The translations under genes and the position numbers were made by a program. A stretch of DNA of 64,000 bases from a bacterium (lineage in GTDB: Bacteria > Bdellovibrionota_C > UBA2361 > CALJRW01): NCBI GenBank assembly GCA_031385045.1, contig JANNBC010000009.1, forward strand, positions 16,186 to 80,185. Reading direction: 5' to 3'. Positions 52,650 through 62,100 of the stretch are shown piece by piece. Within the stretch, counting starts at the first letter, position 1. Each line of letters starts with the position of its first letter. The notes below the pieces were generated by a model. The model was given only the letters and a program-made list of their open reading frames with translations. It was not told where the DNA came from and did not search any database.

Positions 52650-53153
52650 CTAAGCACAAAGACTTTGAATCTCAGACTTAACTTTATCAGAAGGTCTAGC
52701 TTTAACAACTGAAATTTCATCAATCAATAAGCCTTGAGCTAGGTCCATCATCTTTTTCTCACCAAAAGATAAATCTTTTCCATTACTTAGAATAATTAAG
52801 TCTCTAATTACTTCAGCAATTTCATAGACAGAACCAGTCTTAATCTTCTGTAAGTATTCACGATGACGACGATTCCATGTTTGGCTTGTAACTTTAGCTT
52901 TGCGGTCACTAATAATTGAGTAAACCTTGCTCACTGCACGTTTATCAATAACTTTTCTTAGACCAACTGATTCGGCTTGTGCCACAGGAACCATGAACTT
53001 CAGTCCCTTCTCATTAATCATAATTTCCAGAAAATTTTGCTCAATAGTACCAATCCTTTTACAACAGAGGGAAGCAATTTTCCCAACTCCATGACCTGGA
53101 TAAACTACCATGTCACCATTTGAGTACTGTTTTAGATTTTTATTGTTAGTCAA
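52650..53153 (-). CDS. carD: CarD/CdnL family RNA polymerase-binding regulator
   Basis: GDMVVYPGHGVG, VGLR, TWNRRHRE, KIKTGS, LSFGEKKM; TTG start. Confidence 0.92.
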   Translation of the reverse strand: MTNNKNLKQYSNGDMVVYPGHGVGKIASLCCKRIGTIEQNFLEIMINEKGLKFMVPVAQAESVGLRKVIDKRAVSKVYSIISDRKAKVTSQTWNRRHREYLQKIKTGSVYEIAEVIRDLIILSNGKDLSFGEKKMMDLAQGLLIDEISVVKARPSDKVKSEIQSLCA

Positions 53154-53317
53154 AGTGATTCTCCGAAAAGAAAAAAATTAAAGGAAGTGAAAAAACCAAG
53201 AAAAATTAGGGGTAAAGAAGAGCTAGGAGGATAATTAGTCGCGAACTAAAACGTTTATCTCTAATCTTCCTAAATTAGGCATAATTTGCGGGATTTTCCT
53301 ACTAATTAAGCAAGGAC

Positions 53318-53346
53318 ACTATAACAGATTCAGCAAGTTTAATCAA
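53318..53346 (-). promoter_or_regulatory. Sigma70 promoter of carD
   Basis: TTGATT-17nt-TATAGT with extended -10 TG. Confidence 0.55.
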
Positions 53347-53492
53347 AGGAATAATAAAAAAGACTAATAATAATTGCTGACCATCTGCCAGAACTTACTG
53401 TCAGAGTGTGTTAATATTACCTTCTCTTCTTAATCGTAATTCAAAAGTCTAAGTTTTTACTACTGGGAGAGGCAATTTAAGTAGGATAAACG

Positions 53493-53527
53493 AAAAAAGC
53501 CGCCGAACTCCAAAGGACTCGACGGCT
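53493..53527 (-). terminator. Terminator after rplT
   Basis: Minus strand AGCCGTCGAGTCC..GGAGTTCGGCGGCT followed by a T-run. Confidence 0.75.
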
Positions 53528-53548
53528 CTACGCAACTAAAAGAAGGGA

Positions 53549-53908
53549 CTAAGCCTGCTCTAGTGACTTCTTTGCTTGACTGGCAATTACACCAAAAGCA
53601 GCTGGATCGTTGTAAGCCAAATCAGCTAACATTTTACGATCCATTTCAATCTTACAAAGACCTAATCCATAAATGAATTTGCTATAAGAAAGACCATACT
53701 CTCTAGCTCCTGCGTTAATACGCTGAATCCAAAGCTGACGAAAATGTCGCTTCTTCTGATGTCTTCCAACATAAGCATGCAACATGGCTTTTTCAACGCC
53801 ACGTTTTGCAATCTTATAACATGATTTTTTACGGCCAATAAAGCCTTCAGCTAACTTTCTAAGTTTCTGGTGACGCTTTCTGCTGGCAATTCCTCTTTTA
53901 ACTCGCAT
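53549..53908 (-). CDS. rplT: 50S ribosomal protein L20
   Basis: MRVKRG, FRQLWIQRINA, YSKFI.GL, DRKMLADLA. Confidence 0.97.
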   Translation of the reverse strand: MRVKRGIASRKRHQKLRKLAEGFIGRKKSCYKIAKRGVEKAMLHAYVGRHQKKRHFRQLWIQRINAGAREYGLSYSKFIYGLGLCKIEMDRKMLADLAYNDPAAFGVIASQAKKSLEQA

Positions 53909-53950
53909 ATCAACCTCTTTAAAATTGGGTGGTAAGTATTATACTAAAAA

Positions 53951-54151
53951 TTATAAATAAGGCAAAAGTCGAGCAATAGCTTTCATTCCGGTAGCTTTAG
54001 TTACTACAGAACCTCTTAATTGTCTCATTCGCTTTGGTGATCTTTTTGCAGTATTATGACTAGTGTTAGACTGCCCTCTTAATACTTTTCCAGTTGCAGT
54101 TTTTTTTCTAAATCTTTTGGCGGCAGTTTTATTTGTTTTTATTTTTGGCAT
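53951..54151 (-). CDS. rpmI: 50S ribosomal protein L35
   Basis: MPKIKTNKTAAKRF...TGK...LLPY; upstream of rplT. Confidence 0.93.
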   Translation of the reverse strand: MPKIKTNKTAAKRFRKKTATGKVLRGQSNTSHNTAKRSPKRMRQLRGSVVTKATGMKAIARLLPYL

Positions 54152-54182
54152 AATTAATTCTCTTATTTTTTACGACAACAGC

Positions 54183-54259
<77 letters not shown>

Positions 54260-54327
54260 AAAATCATTAAGATTTTAGTCATTTTTTAAGTTTGAGACCG
54301 GAAATACCAGTACAAACAGAACGGCAT

Positions 54328-54356
54328 AAGATAGCAAATAACTTAAACTTGGTCAA
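54328..54356 (-). promoter_or_regulatory. Sigma70 promoter of tRNA-Val-rpmI-rplT
   Basis: TTGACC-17nt-TATCTT with extended -10 TG. Confidence 0.6.
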
Positions 54357-54441
54357 ATAAACAGTCTCCCCGACTTCTCTGATACCTAGCGAGTAACAAA
54401 TAATTTGATTTAAGAAAAATTTACCTGTAGCCTTATTCTAA

Positions 54442-55065
54442 ATGAAGTTATCTGACCTCCCTCTAGAACATTGGCTAGTGATCATAAGCTCCTTAATCAT
54501 TACAATTGGAGTAACTGCCTATATTCGCGATACAATTGCGGGAATTACAAAACCAAACCGAGTTTCTTGGTTAATATGGTCAATTGCTCCCTTAATTGCA
54601 ACTTTTGCTGCCCTTGATGCCAAAGCAGATATATGGGCAACAATGCGTGTCTTCCTAGCAGGTTTTCTTCCAATGTTAGTCCTAATAGCATCATTTATTA
54701 ATAAGAATAGTTACTGGAAACTAACTAAATTTGATCTGATTTGCGGGCTATTTGCAATCCTAGCGATAATTGTTTGGTTAATTGTAGATTCACCAAGACT
54801 AGCAATTATCCTTGCTGCAACGGGTGAAGGATTTGCCTCGTTGCCAACAATAAGGAAAGCTTGGAAATTTCCAGAAAGCGAAACTGGCATTGCTTACATA
54901 GCAAGTGGACTAAGCGCACTATTAGTTTTACCAGCCATCCCTGTTTGGAATATTGAGAATGCCACCTTTCAACTATATCTACTGGCCGTAAATATAGTCC
55001 TTGCGACTGCAGTTTATCGGCGACAATTAAAGATTTTTTGGGGACGAATCAAGCTAGGATATTAG
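54442..55065 (+). CDS. Hypothetical multi-pass membrane protein (PQ-loop-like pattern)
   Basis: YIRDTIAGITKPNRVSWLIW and LPTIRKAWKFPESE; about 7 TM segments. Confidence 0.8.
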   Translation: MKLSDLPLEHWLVIISSLIITIGVTAYIRDTIAGITKPNRVSWLIWSIAPLIATFAALDAKADIWATMRVFLAGFLPMLVLIASFINKNSYWKLTKFDLICGLFAILAIIVWLIVDSPRLAIILAATGEGFASLPTIRKAWKFPESETGIAYIASGLSALLVLPAIPVWNIENATFQLYLLAVNIVLATAVYRRQLKIFWGRIKLGY

Positions 55066-55084
55066 GCTTAAAAGGAAAACAGCA

Positions 55085-55117
55085 GTTCTGGGCAAAAGTG
55101 ATACCGAAGCCCAGAAC
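55085..55117. terminator. Terminator-like hairpin
   Basis: GTTCTGGGC...GCCCAGAAC with a T-rich tail on the minus strand. Confidence 0.5.
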
Positions 55118-55202
55118 CCCATAGAATCGGATAAACCCCCCGCTTATCATTTTTGAAAATAACAAAAATAATAACTGAGTGTTTGGTATTATTTTGCTCG
55201 GT

Positions 55203-55424
55203 TTATTTTAACAACAAGCAACCAAGTACTTTGCTTTCGCTAAGGTTGTTAATTTGGCGATACGCCTGATTAGCTCTAAGATCAATACGATCAACCTTAA
55301 TTTGTGCTCTTAGTGTAGAAACTGTGGCACTAGACATTGAACGTGGTGGACAATCAGAAAATCTTTTAGAAATCTCACCAAAACTTACGATAATTTGTTC
55401 TCTTAGGCTTTTATTCTTTTTCAT
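55203..55424 (-). CDS. Small hypothetical protein
   Basis: 73-aa ATG ORF in an otherwise empty interval. Confidence 0.4.
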   Translation of the reverse strand: MKKNKSLREQIIVSFGEISKRFSDCPPRSMSSATVSTLRAQIKVDRIDLRANQAYRQINNLSESKVLGCLLLK

Positions 55425-55616
55425 ATCAGTAGCTTAATAATTTAAAAAAACCTGATATAACCTAAGAAAACCCGGGTAAAATACCCTACGCAAGTATTAT
55501 GTGGTTATATCATAAACTGTTGCACAATTCTTTAGTTATTTTAGCAAATACACTAAACAAGGCAACTTCTAGAGCAGGGAGCAAGGCAACTGCCCTGCTT
55601 CCTGCTCCCGATCCAT

Positions 55617-57320
55617 TTACTTAGAACAAACACTCTGCACAACTGGAACTTGGTTAGTAAACTCCACGTTCAGGGCATGTTGAGCATTATTAGCTCTCTC
55701 CATCCGACCTAAAAGGTTCGCTGAAGCTCCAGCTTTCTTAACTTTGCGAATTACTTTTTGACCTAATTTGCGAAGCTCTTCTGAACCAGCTTGGTAGATA
55801 CCAATCCTGTCCTGATTACTTGTTGCAATACAAAACTTAGTATTTCCACAAGTCGTTACATTAACAGGAAGACTCCAAGTAATTCCCCAGTTAGCAGCCT
55901 GTAACTCAGAAGCCAAGGCATTTGTTCGTTTAATAAAACGCAGTGCTCGAGGACTTGAATCAAGCTTCTTCAAGTTACGATTAAACTTATTGATTAATCT
56001 TTCTTGAGCAAGAGAACCACCATCAATGCTATTTAGCAATGCTGACTGATCAAACGTGTCACAATTTAGACAAGACTGACCATCACCATTACAAATACCA
56101 CAACGATCTTTCTTAGCAGTACCATTTAAGATTCCTTTACAATCCGTACAAGAAGAGTTGTCACCACCACATACTCCACAGTTATCAAATTCTAATCCAC
56201 TGTTAGGAATACCGTCACAACCTTTGTCCTCTTCGCACTGATCCGATAAATCCTTTAAAGCGTCAGCATCATCACACTTAACACCTAAGTGATCCTCAGA
56301 ACAAATAATTGTACCATGGAACTCACAAAGCCCTTCTCCGATACCACAAGTAGTATCTAAGCTTGGGAATGATTCGTCGATATCACCATCACAGTTATTA
56401 TCTAATCCATCACAAAGCTCTGTGGTAGGCTCTTCATTACGCTCACAAGAACAGGAATTAGTAAAAGTTCCTCCATTACAAACTCCTTGTTCGCCATTGT
56501 CGCATAAAGTCCCTGGAAGAGATGTGCCATTTGGAACACCTAAACAGTCAGCACAAGCTGAGTTATCTCCATTACAGACTCCGCACTCATCAACTACTTT
56601 ATTATTTGCATTGGGAACATACGGACAAGAGTCTGTTCCGATTTTTTCAATCGCTAAATCGACATCTCGATTTAATCCCCAAATTTTCATTTGAATCGCA
56701 CCTATTGATTTGAAATCAACAGGAAAAGCTTTCCCCGCTGCTTTTACAAAGCTACTGTAAGGAATACTTTTTTTAGTAGCACTTGGAATCGCAACATTTA
56801 AGATGATCGAAGCCGATGATGCATGACCTTCATCTGAGTACATAATAATTTCAATCTCAGTTGGTTGCTGATTTGCATAATCAAAACTGATAATATCGAG
56901 ATCTATTGAAGTTGAACCATCTTGAGTAAAGTCGACTCCACCTAATCCCTGATAATTAACAATTGAGCCTCCAGTTTGATCACCATCCCAAGTAACTGTA
57001 GCTACGCCACTAGCGCCTTGGTCTTGAGAGAATGTTAAATATCCAATTTCACTGACCATTCGATTTGGACGATTAACTGTTCCAGCGAATGCGAAGACAT
57101 TAAATTCACGATTACTGCCAATCACTGAACTACGGCCAGTGCCATCTGCAGGAATATTGATTTGGCCAAAGGAAGCAGAACTATCGGGAGTACCATCATT
57201 GACAACGAGTGCATCGCCATCAAATTCATCAATTGTTATGGCCTGCGCAGAAGAAACAGCTAGCAAGCAGATGAATATAGAAATTAAGAACCCTGTTAAA
57301 GGAGTTACTGAGAATCTCAT
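55617..57320 (-). CDS. Secreted Cys-rich protein with CGVCxGD repeats and a putative metal-binding ELCDGLDNNCDGxxDE motif
   Basis: Signal peptide ending AQA; three CG(V/I)CxGD units; basic helical C-terminal domain. Confidence 0.85.
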   Translation of the reverse strand: MRFSVTPLTGFLISIFICLLAVSSAQAITIDEFDGDALVVNDGTPDSSASFGQINIPADGTGRSSVIGSNREFNVFAFAGTVNRPNRMVSEIGYLTFSQDQGASGVATVTWDGDQTGGSIVNYQGLGGVDFTQDGSTSIDLDIISFDYANQQPTEIEIIMYSDEGHASSASIILNVAIPSATKKSIPYSSFVKAAGKAFPVDFKSIGAIQMKIWGLNRDVDLAIEKIGTDSCPYVPNANNKVVDECGVCNGDNSACADCLGVPNGTSLPGTLCDNGEQGVCNGGTFTNSCSCERNEEPTTELCDGLDNNCDGDIDESFPSLDTTCGIGEGLCEFHGTIICSEDHLGVKCDDADALKDLSDQCEEDKGCDGIPNSGLEFDNCGVCGGDNSSCTDCKGILNGTAKKDRCGICNGDGQSCLNCDTFDQSALLNSIDGGSLAQERLINKFNRNLKKLDSSPRALRFIKRTNALASELQAANWGITWSLPVNVTTCGNTKFCIATSNQDRIGIYQAGSEELRKLGQKVIRKVKKAGASANLLGRMERANNAQHALNVEFTNQVPVVQSVCSK

Positions 57321-57650
57321 TGTTAGAACCTAAGTAAAAAATAAAAAAACCTTAGTTACTTTCCAAAGTTTTGAAAAACTTAGAGAGAACTAACTCATTT
57401 TAATCCCAAGAAATTCAAGAATTTTCACTCTTTCCTAGGACTAAAAGATGTATTTTCCGTAATCAAAGACCAGAAAACTACAGCTATAATTCACACAGCT
57501 CACTCACTCGCGCAAGAGGCATTCAACAAAAGTAATTATTTTTTAGGACCTATCAGTGCCCAACCCAGGTAAAGTTGAAGTGCTCTCAAGCTAAAAAAGC
57601 CTTGGAATCTTAGTGTATTAGCTAACTAGGCAAAAATTCGCACTAAAAAT

Positions 57651-57694
57651 AAAAAAGGGCGGAGGAACTAATCTCTTTGTCCCCCCCACCCTTT
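57651..57694 (-). terminator. Terminator after the 57772 gene
   Basis: Minus strand AAAGGGTGGGGGG...TCCTCCGCCCTTTTTT. Confidence 0.65.
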
Positions 57695-57771
57695 ATTATT
57701 TAACTAAGCAAATATACTAAGCGACATAAGGAATTACCGAAAAAGCAACGTCCTTTAGTATATCTCAAATC

Positions 57772-58575
57772 CTATCTTTGCTGACCACACTTAACAGGAT
57801 CAAAAGATGGTAAGGTGATTTGCAATTTATTGTTATGAATATCAAGCGGCATAGAACGAACCTTAGCAACTCCAACCAAGGCATTCCCTAAACCTGATGC
57901 CCCTGCAACATTTTTCTCAGTAAAGTATGATGAAATGGCCGCAGTATTAGCATCACTAACTGAATCGGATAAAATAGTGATATTCTCCCCATCAATACTT
58001 ACTAACTGCACATAGTAGACACGATCTTCTGGTTTAAATGAACGACCAGGATTTTTATACTGCTCAACAACTTCGACAACAGTAACATAAGGCTTATCTT
58101 TACAGCTATTCTTACCACTAGAATCCTTGCAGACTTTCAGTAAATACAACTCCGCAGATTCGGGCGACTTATAATCTAAAGTTAAATCTTCGCCAAAATT
58201 ACTAAGAACCTTGAAATATTTATCAAAGTCAGTCATCACATCACCGAGGCGATCCTCTTTTTTTATCGTTACCGGCTTGGATAATTTTCCCAGAACTTCT
58301 GTTACGGCCTCCTCGCCTGTCGCTATTGATTCTAAGGAAACTAATAATTTTTTATTCTCTGAGTAAAGCATATCCTGTTTGATGGCATCAAAGTCACCAA
58401 ACATACAATTATTAGTAACCTTTAAGTTCATTGGAAACTTACCTTTAAGGTACTGATCTTTTAATCCACTTTTAGCAATCGTAATCGACTTCACCGGCAA
58501 GTCGGCGAATACCGTAACCAAAGGAAGTATCGTAACAAAAAAAACTGCTAGCGTATTTTTAAATAGGTTTTTCAT
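57772..58575 (-). CDS. Hypothetical exported protein, four Cys
   Basis: Start MKNLFKNTLAVFF at 58575 gives a signal peptide; the ORF track start 58644 is less likely. Confidence 0.8.
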   Translation of the reverse strand: MKNLFKNTLAVFFVTILPLVTVFADLPVKSITIAKSGLKDQYLKGKFPMNLKVTNNCMFGDFDAIKQDMLYSENKKLLVSLESIATGEEAVTEVLGKLSKPVTIKKEDRLGDVMTDFDKYFKVLSNFGEDLTLDYKSPESAELYLLKVCKDSSGKNSCKDKPYVTVVEVVEQYKNPGRSFKPEDRVYYVQLVSIDGENITILSDSVSDANTAAISSYFTEKNVAGASGLGNALVGVAKVRSMPLDIHNNKLQITLPSFDPVKCGQQR

Positions 58576-58670
58576 ATTTGAATTAAGAAAAGAAAAAGAA
58601 TGCGTAGTAAAACTTAGCCCTTGATTTTTACAAGGATAAGACATGATTGTTTGCAGGGCAAGACAATAAC

Positions 58671-58713
58671 AAAAAGGGGCACAGATTAGACTAGCTAATC
58701 CTGTACCCCTTTT
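58671..58713 (-). terminator. Terminator-like hairpin after the Hint-domain gene
   Basis: Minus strand AAAAGGGGTACAGGATTAG..CTAATCTGTGCCCCTTTTT. Confidence 0.7.
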
Positions 58714-58750
58714 CGATTCTTTAAGAACATTGTCTCAAAGTTGCCCCAGA

Positions 58751-61700
58751 TTATTTTTTATTAATAATCTCTTGGGCTGTTAGGTCACCAGTTACAATTC
58801 CATCAGAAAGTACCAAGTGGTTTTCTAATTCATTCTCAGCATCTAAACGAATATTAATTACTCGTTGGTCAGCCTTAATTGGTAATGCTACTGCTGAAAT
58901 TACAGCAACTTCACTACCGCTTAATGTTACAACATCACCAGCGACTACTTCTCTAGCTGTAATGATACCTCTCTTAGTATACACTGGGTGTTTCTGAGTA
59001 ACCTTAACAACTTTACTGCCGGCAGTAATTGCAATGATTGGCTCTTCCTCATTTGATTCCAAGACACTCTTCACTTTCACTGCTTTACCAGTTACAGGGT
59101 TACGCACCTCTTCGCCAGCGCTAATACTTTCGATTGTTTTCTCTGTCCCATTAGCCATTAGAATTTTTGTTTCAGGAACGAAACAACCTTCTAAGCGTAA
59201 TGAAGAACAAGTCCAACAAGCTTTACTGAAGTCAGCTGGATTAGTAATCGGTGTGTTTTTATCACCGTAGTACTTAAAGGCTGTATCAAACTGACCGAAT
59301 GTATCAGACTTATTAATAAAACCATTTTCAGCATGTCCAGAGAATCCGAAATAATATTCGAAACCTGTTTTGTTAATTGGTTTATTAACAAAGCTATTCT
59401 CCATCTGTTGAGTCCAGCCTGCAGGACGTAATCTGCTAACTGTAGTTCCATTAGGACCTGCAATTTGAACTTGACTCCAACCCCAAGCAGAATCAACTGT
59501 CATGGTTTGGCCATCTTTATTAACATCAATTCCGCGAATTGCTTCAAGGATTTTAATCCCTTCATTCAATAGCGCTTGAGTTACGTTCTGGCCTTGAGCA
59601 TTTACAGCACTAGTAAAGAAGCTTGTAAAACCCTGTCCAGCAACATCCTGTTTCTTCTGGAAGCCCATCATACAAACTCTCATTTGATAGATGTCGTAGC
59701 CATCATCTTGACCAGCATAAGTAGTCTTACCATGCTGACTTTCAGGATAGCCTAAGCCTACGCAACAGTTCGGTACTCCCCAGTTTGGATCATTAACCGT
59801 ACGGTCACAATCATCAGGTCCAAGTTCACACTGAGCGTTACAAACTGCTCCTGGAAACTTATCCTTATAGATCTGACGGATATTAGTTCCATCACACATC
59901 TCTGTTGGGCTATTGATAATACCATCGCCACAAACCGGAGTTTTACACAGATTAGAACAAGCATCATTGTTGACAGTATTGCCATCATCACACTGTTCTG
60001 GGTTCTGCTTAATACCATCGCCGCAAACGGCAGTGATACATTGGTTACTACAGTTATCATTGTTAACTGTATTACCATCATCACACTGCTCACCTGCTTG
60101 TTTGATACCATCACCGCAAACCGGAACTGTACAAGTATTTGTACAAGCATCATTGTTTACAGTATTGCCATCATCACAAAGCTCTGGAGTTTGCTTAATA
60201 CCATCGCCACAACGTGGAGGCTGACAAGTATTAGAACAAGCATCATCATTTACAGTGTTACCATCATCGCAAAGCTCTGGAGACTGAACGCATCCATCAC
60301 CGCAACGAGGAGTAGTACATTCGTTAGTACAAGCATCATTGTTAATCTTGTTACCATCGTCACACTGCTCTGGACTCTGCTTAATACCATCACCACAAGC
60401 TGGAACTGTACAAGTATTTGTACAAGCATCTGTGTTGTTAGTATTACCATCGTCACACTGCTCGCCTGTTTGTTTAATACCATCGCCACAACGTGGAGGC
60501 TGACAAGTATTAGAACAAGCATCATCATTTACAGTGTTACCATCATCGCAAAGCTCTGGAGACTGAACGCATCCATCACCGCAACGAGGGGCAGTACAAG
60601 TGTTTGTACAAGCATCATTATTAATCTTGTTACCATCGTCACACTGCTCACCTGTTTGCTTAATACCATCACCGCAAACCGGAACTGTACAAGTATTTGT
60701 ACAAGCATCATTGTTTACAGTATTGCCATCATCACATAACTCGGGAGACTGAACTAAGCCATCACCGCAACGAGCATTTTGACAAGTATTAGAACAAGCA
60801 TCATTGTTTACAGTATTACCATCATCGCACTGCTCGCCTGTTTGTTTAATACCATCTCCGCAGATTGCAATTACGCATAAGTTGCTACAGCTATCATTGT
60901 TAACAGTATTGCCATCATCGCACTGCTCGCCTGTTTGTTTAATACCATCGCCACAACGTGGAGCTGTACAAGTATTTGTACAAGCATCATTGTTATTTGT
61001 ATTACCATCGTCACACTGCTCACCTGTTTGCTTAATACCATCGCCACAACGTGGAGGCTGACAAGTATTAGAACAAGCATCATCGTTTACAGTGTTACCA
61101 TCATCGCAAAGCTCTGGAGACTGAACGCATCCATCACCGCAACGAGGAGTAGTACAAGTATTAGTACAAGAATCATTATTTACAGTATTACCATCATCGC
61201 ACTGCTCATTTGATTGTTTGATTCCATCTCCGCAAACTGGAACTGTACAAACATTTGTACAAGCATCAGTGTTTACATTGTTACCATCATCGCACTGCTC
61301 ATTTGATTGTTTGATTCCATCTCCGCAAACTGGAACTTTACATGTATTAGAACAAGCATCTGTGTTTACAGTATTACCATCGTCACACTGCTCAGTTAAT
61401 TGTTTGATTCCATCTCCGCACTTAGGATTATGGCAAGTATTCGTACAATCATCATTATTAACAGTGTTACCATCATCACACTGTTCGCTAGAATCATTTA
61501 CAACGCCATCACCACACTTAGTACAACTTAAACGACAACCAGTATCATTTGGGTTAGCGTAATCACAAGTTGTTCCTGGGAAAATTTGAACATCATACTG
61601 ATTATGAACAGCATCACCGCAATATGGTAAACGACATTCTGCACGACAACCGTCAGTAGTATTAGTGTTACCATCGTCGCACTCTTCATTCCCAAGGCGA

Positions 61701-61915
61701 ATACCATCACCACAATATGTGCAGATAGTACATTCACAGTCCGAACATCCACAAAGAACTGGATCCGTAACTGTTACTAGCGTACTGCCCGGAGGACAAA
61801 AATTGTTAGTATTTCCTGCAAAATCTTGCGCGCTGACAGTAGAAAAAGCGAACAAAATTGATAAAAAAAGTATTGAAACAAAAGCCTTTACTGACTTTAA
61901 GTTTGTATTTTCCAT
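58751..61915 (-). CDS. Secreted Myxococcus-type Cys-rich repeat (DUF4215-like) protein with C-terminal Hint domain
   Basis: Signal peptide; CGDG..EQCDDGN...C...C repeats; G-CFVPETKI, VTQKHPV, DGIVTGD. Confidence 0.92.
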   Translation of the reverse strand: MENTNLKSVKAFVSILFLSILFAFSTVSAQDFAGNTNNFCPPGSTLVTVTDPVLCGCSDCECTICTYCGDGIRLGNEECDDGNTNTTDGCRAECRLPYCGDAVHNQYDVQIFPGTTCDYANPNDTGCRLSCTKCGDGVVNDSSEQCDDGNTVNNDDCTNTCHNPKCGDGIKQLTEQCDDGNTVNTDACSNTCKVPVCGDGIKQSNEQCDDGNNVNTDACTNVCTVPVCGDGIKQSNEQCDDGNTVNNDSCTNTCTTPRCGDGCVQSPELCDDGNTVNDDACSNTCQPPRCGDGIKQTGEQCDDGNTNNNDACTNTCTAPRCGDGIKQTGEQCDDGNTVNNDSCSNLCVIAICGDGIKQTGEQCDDGNTVNNDACSNTCQNARCGDGLVQSPELCDDGNTVNNDACTNTCTVPVCGDGIKQTGEQCDDGNKINNDACTNTCTAPRCGDGCVQSPELCDDGNTVNDDACSNTCQPPRCGDGIKQTGEQCDDGNTNNTDACTNTCTVPACGDGIKQSPEQCDDGNKINNDACTNECTTPRCGDGCVQSPELCDDGNTVNDDACSNTCQPPRCGDGIKQTPELCDDGNTVNNDACTNTCTVPVCGDGIKQAGEQCDDGNTVNNDNCSNQCITAVCGDGIKQNPEQCDDGNTVNNDACSNLCKTPVCGDGIINSPTEMCDGTNIRQIYKDKFPGAVCNAQCELGPDDCDRTVNDPNWGVPNCCVGLGYPESQHGKTTYAGQDDGYDIYQMRVCMMGFQKKQDVAGQGFTSFFTSAVNAQGQNVTQALLNEGIKILEAIRGIDVNKDGQTMTVDSAWGWSQVQIAGPNGTTVSRLRPAGWTQQMENSFVNKPINKTGFEYYFGFSGHAENGFINKSDTFGQFDTAFKYYGDKNTPITNPADFSKACWTCSSLRLEGCFVPETKILMANGTEKTIESISAGEEVRNPVTGKAVKVKSVLESNEEEPIIAITAGSKVVKVTQKHPVYTKRGIITAREVVAGDVVTLSGSEVAVISAVALPIKADQRVINIRLDAENELENHLVLSDGIVTGDLTAQEIINKK
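59933..61516 (-). repeat. Intragenic tandem array of 17 units (93 bp, first unit 96 bp)
   Basis: 31-aa unit like CGDGIKQxxEQCDDGNTVNNDACxNTCxxPx, counted from the translation. Confidence 0.93.
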
Positions 61916-62100
61916 TAGGGTTTTTCCTGTTAAATGAGATTAGCGCTATAAAAAAATAACACCTTTTGATTTTTAATCAACAAAATTGAAAAAATTCATT
62001 GATATTTATGGAAGTAATTTGAAGTGTGTGCCTAGATATTTTAGGGAATGCCTCAAACCCCTCTAAAAAGGACTTTTAACTATCTAAATTACTAAAAAAA

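Noticed and set aside
58754-59185. Canonical intein
   Set aside because: No terminal His-Asn plus Cys/Ser/Thr, no C-extein and no endonuclease domain.
59933-61516. CRISPR array or DGR template in the repeat region
   Set aside because: Repeats are in-frame 93-bp coding units without unique spacers; no cas or reverse transcriptase gene in the window.
59034-61937. Many alternative-frame and antisense ORFs over the repeat gene (likewise over glmS, pnp, gltX, tsaD, murC)
   Set aside because: Shadow ORFs caused by repeats and codon bias of the real genes.
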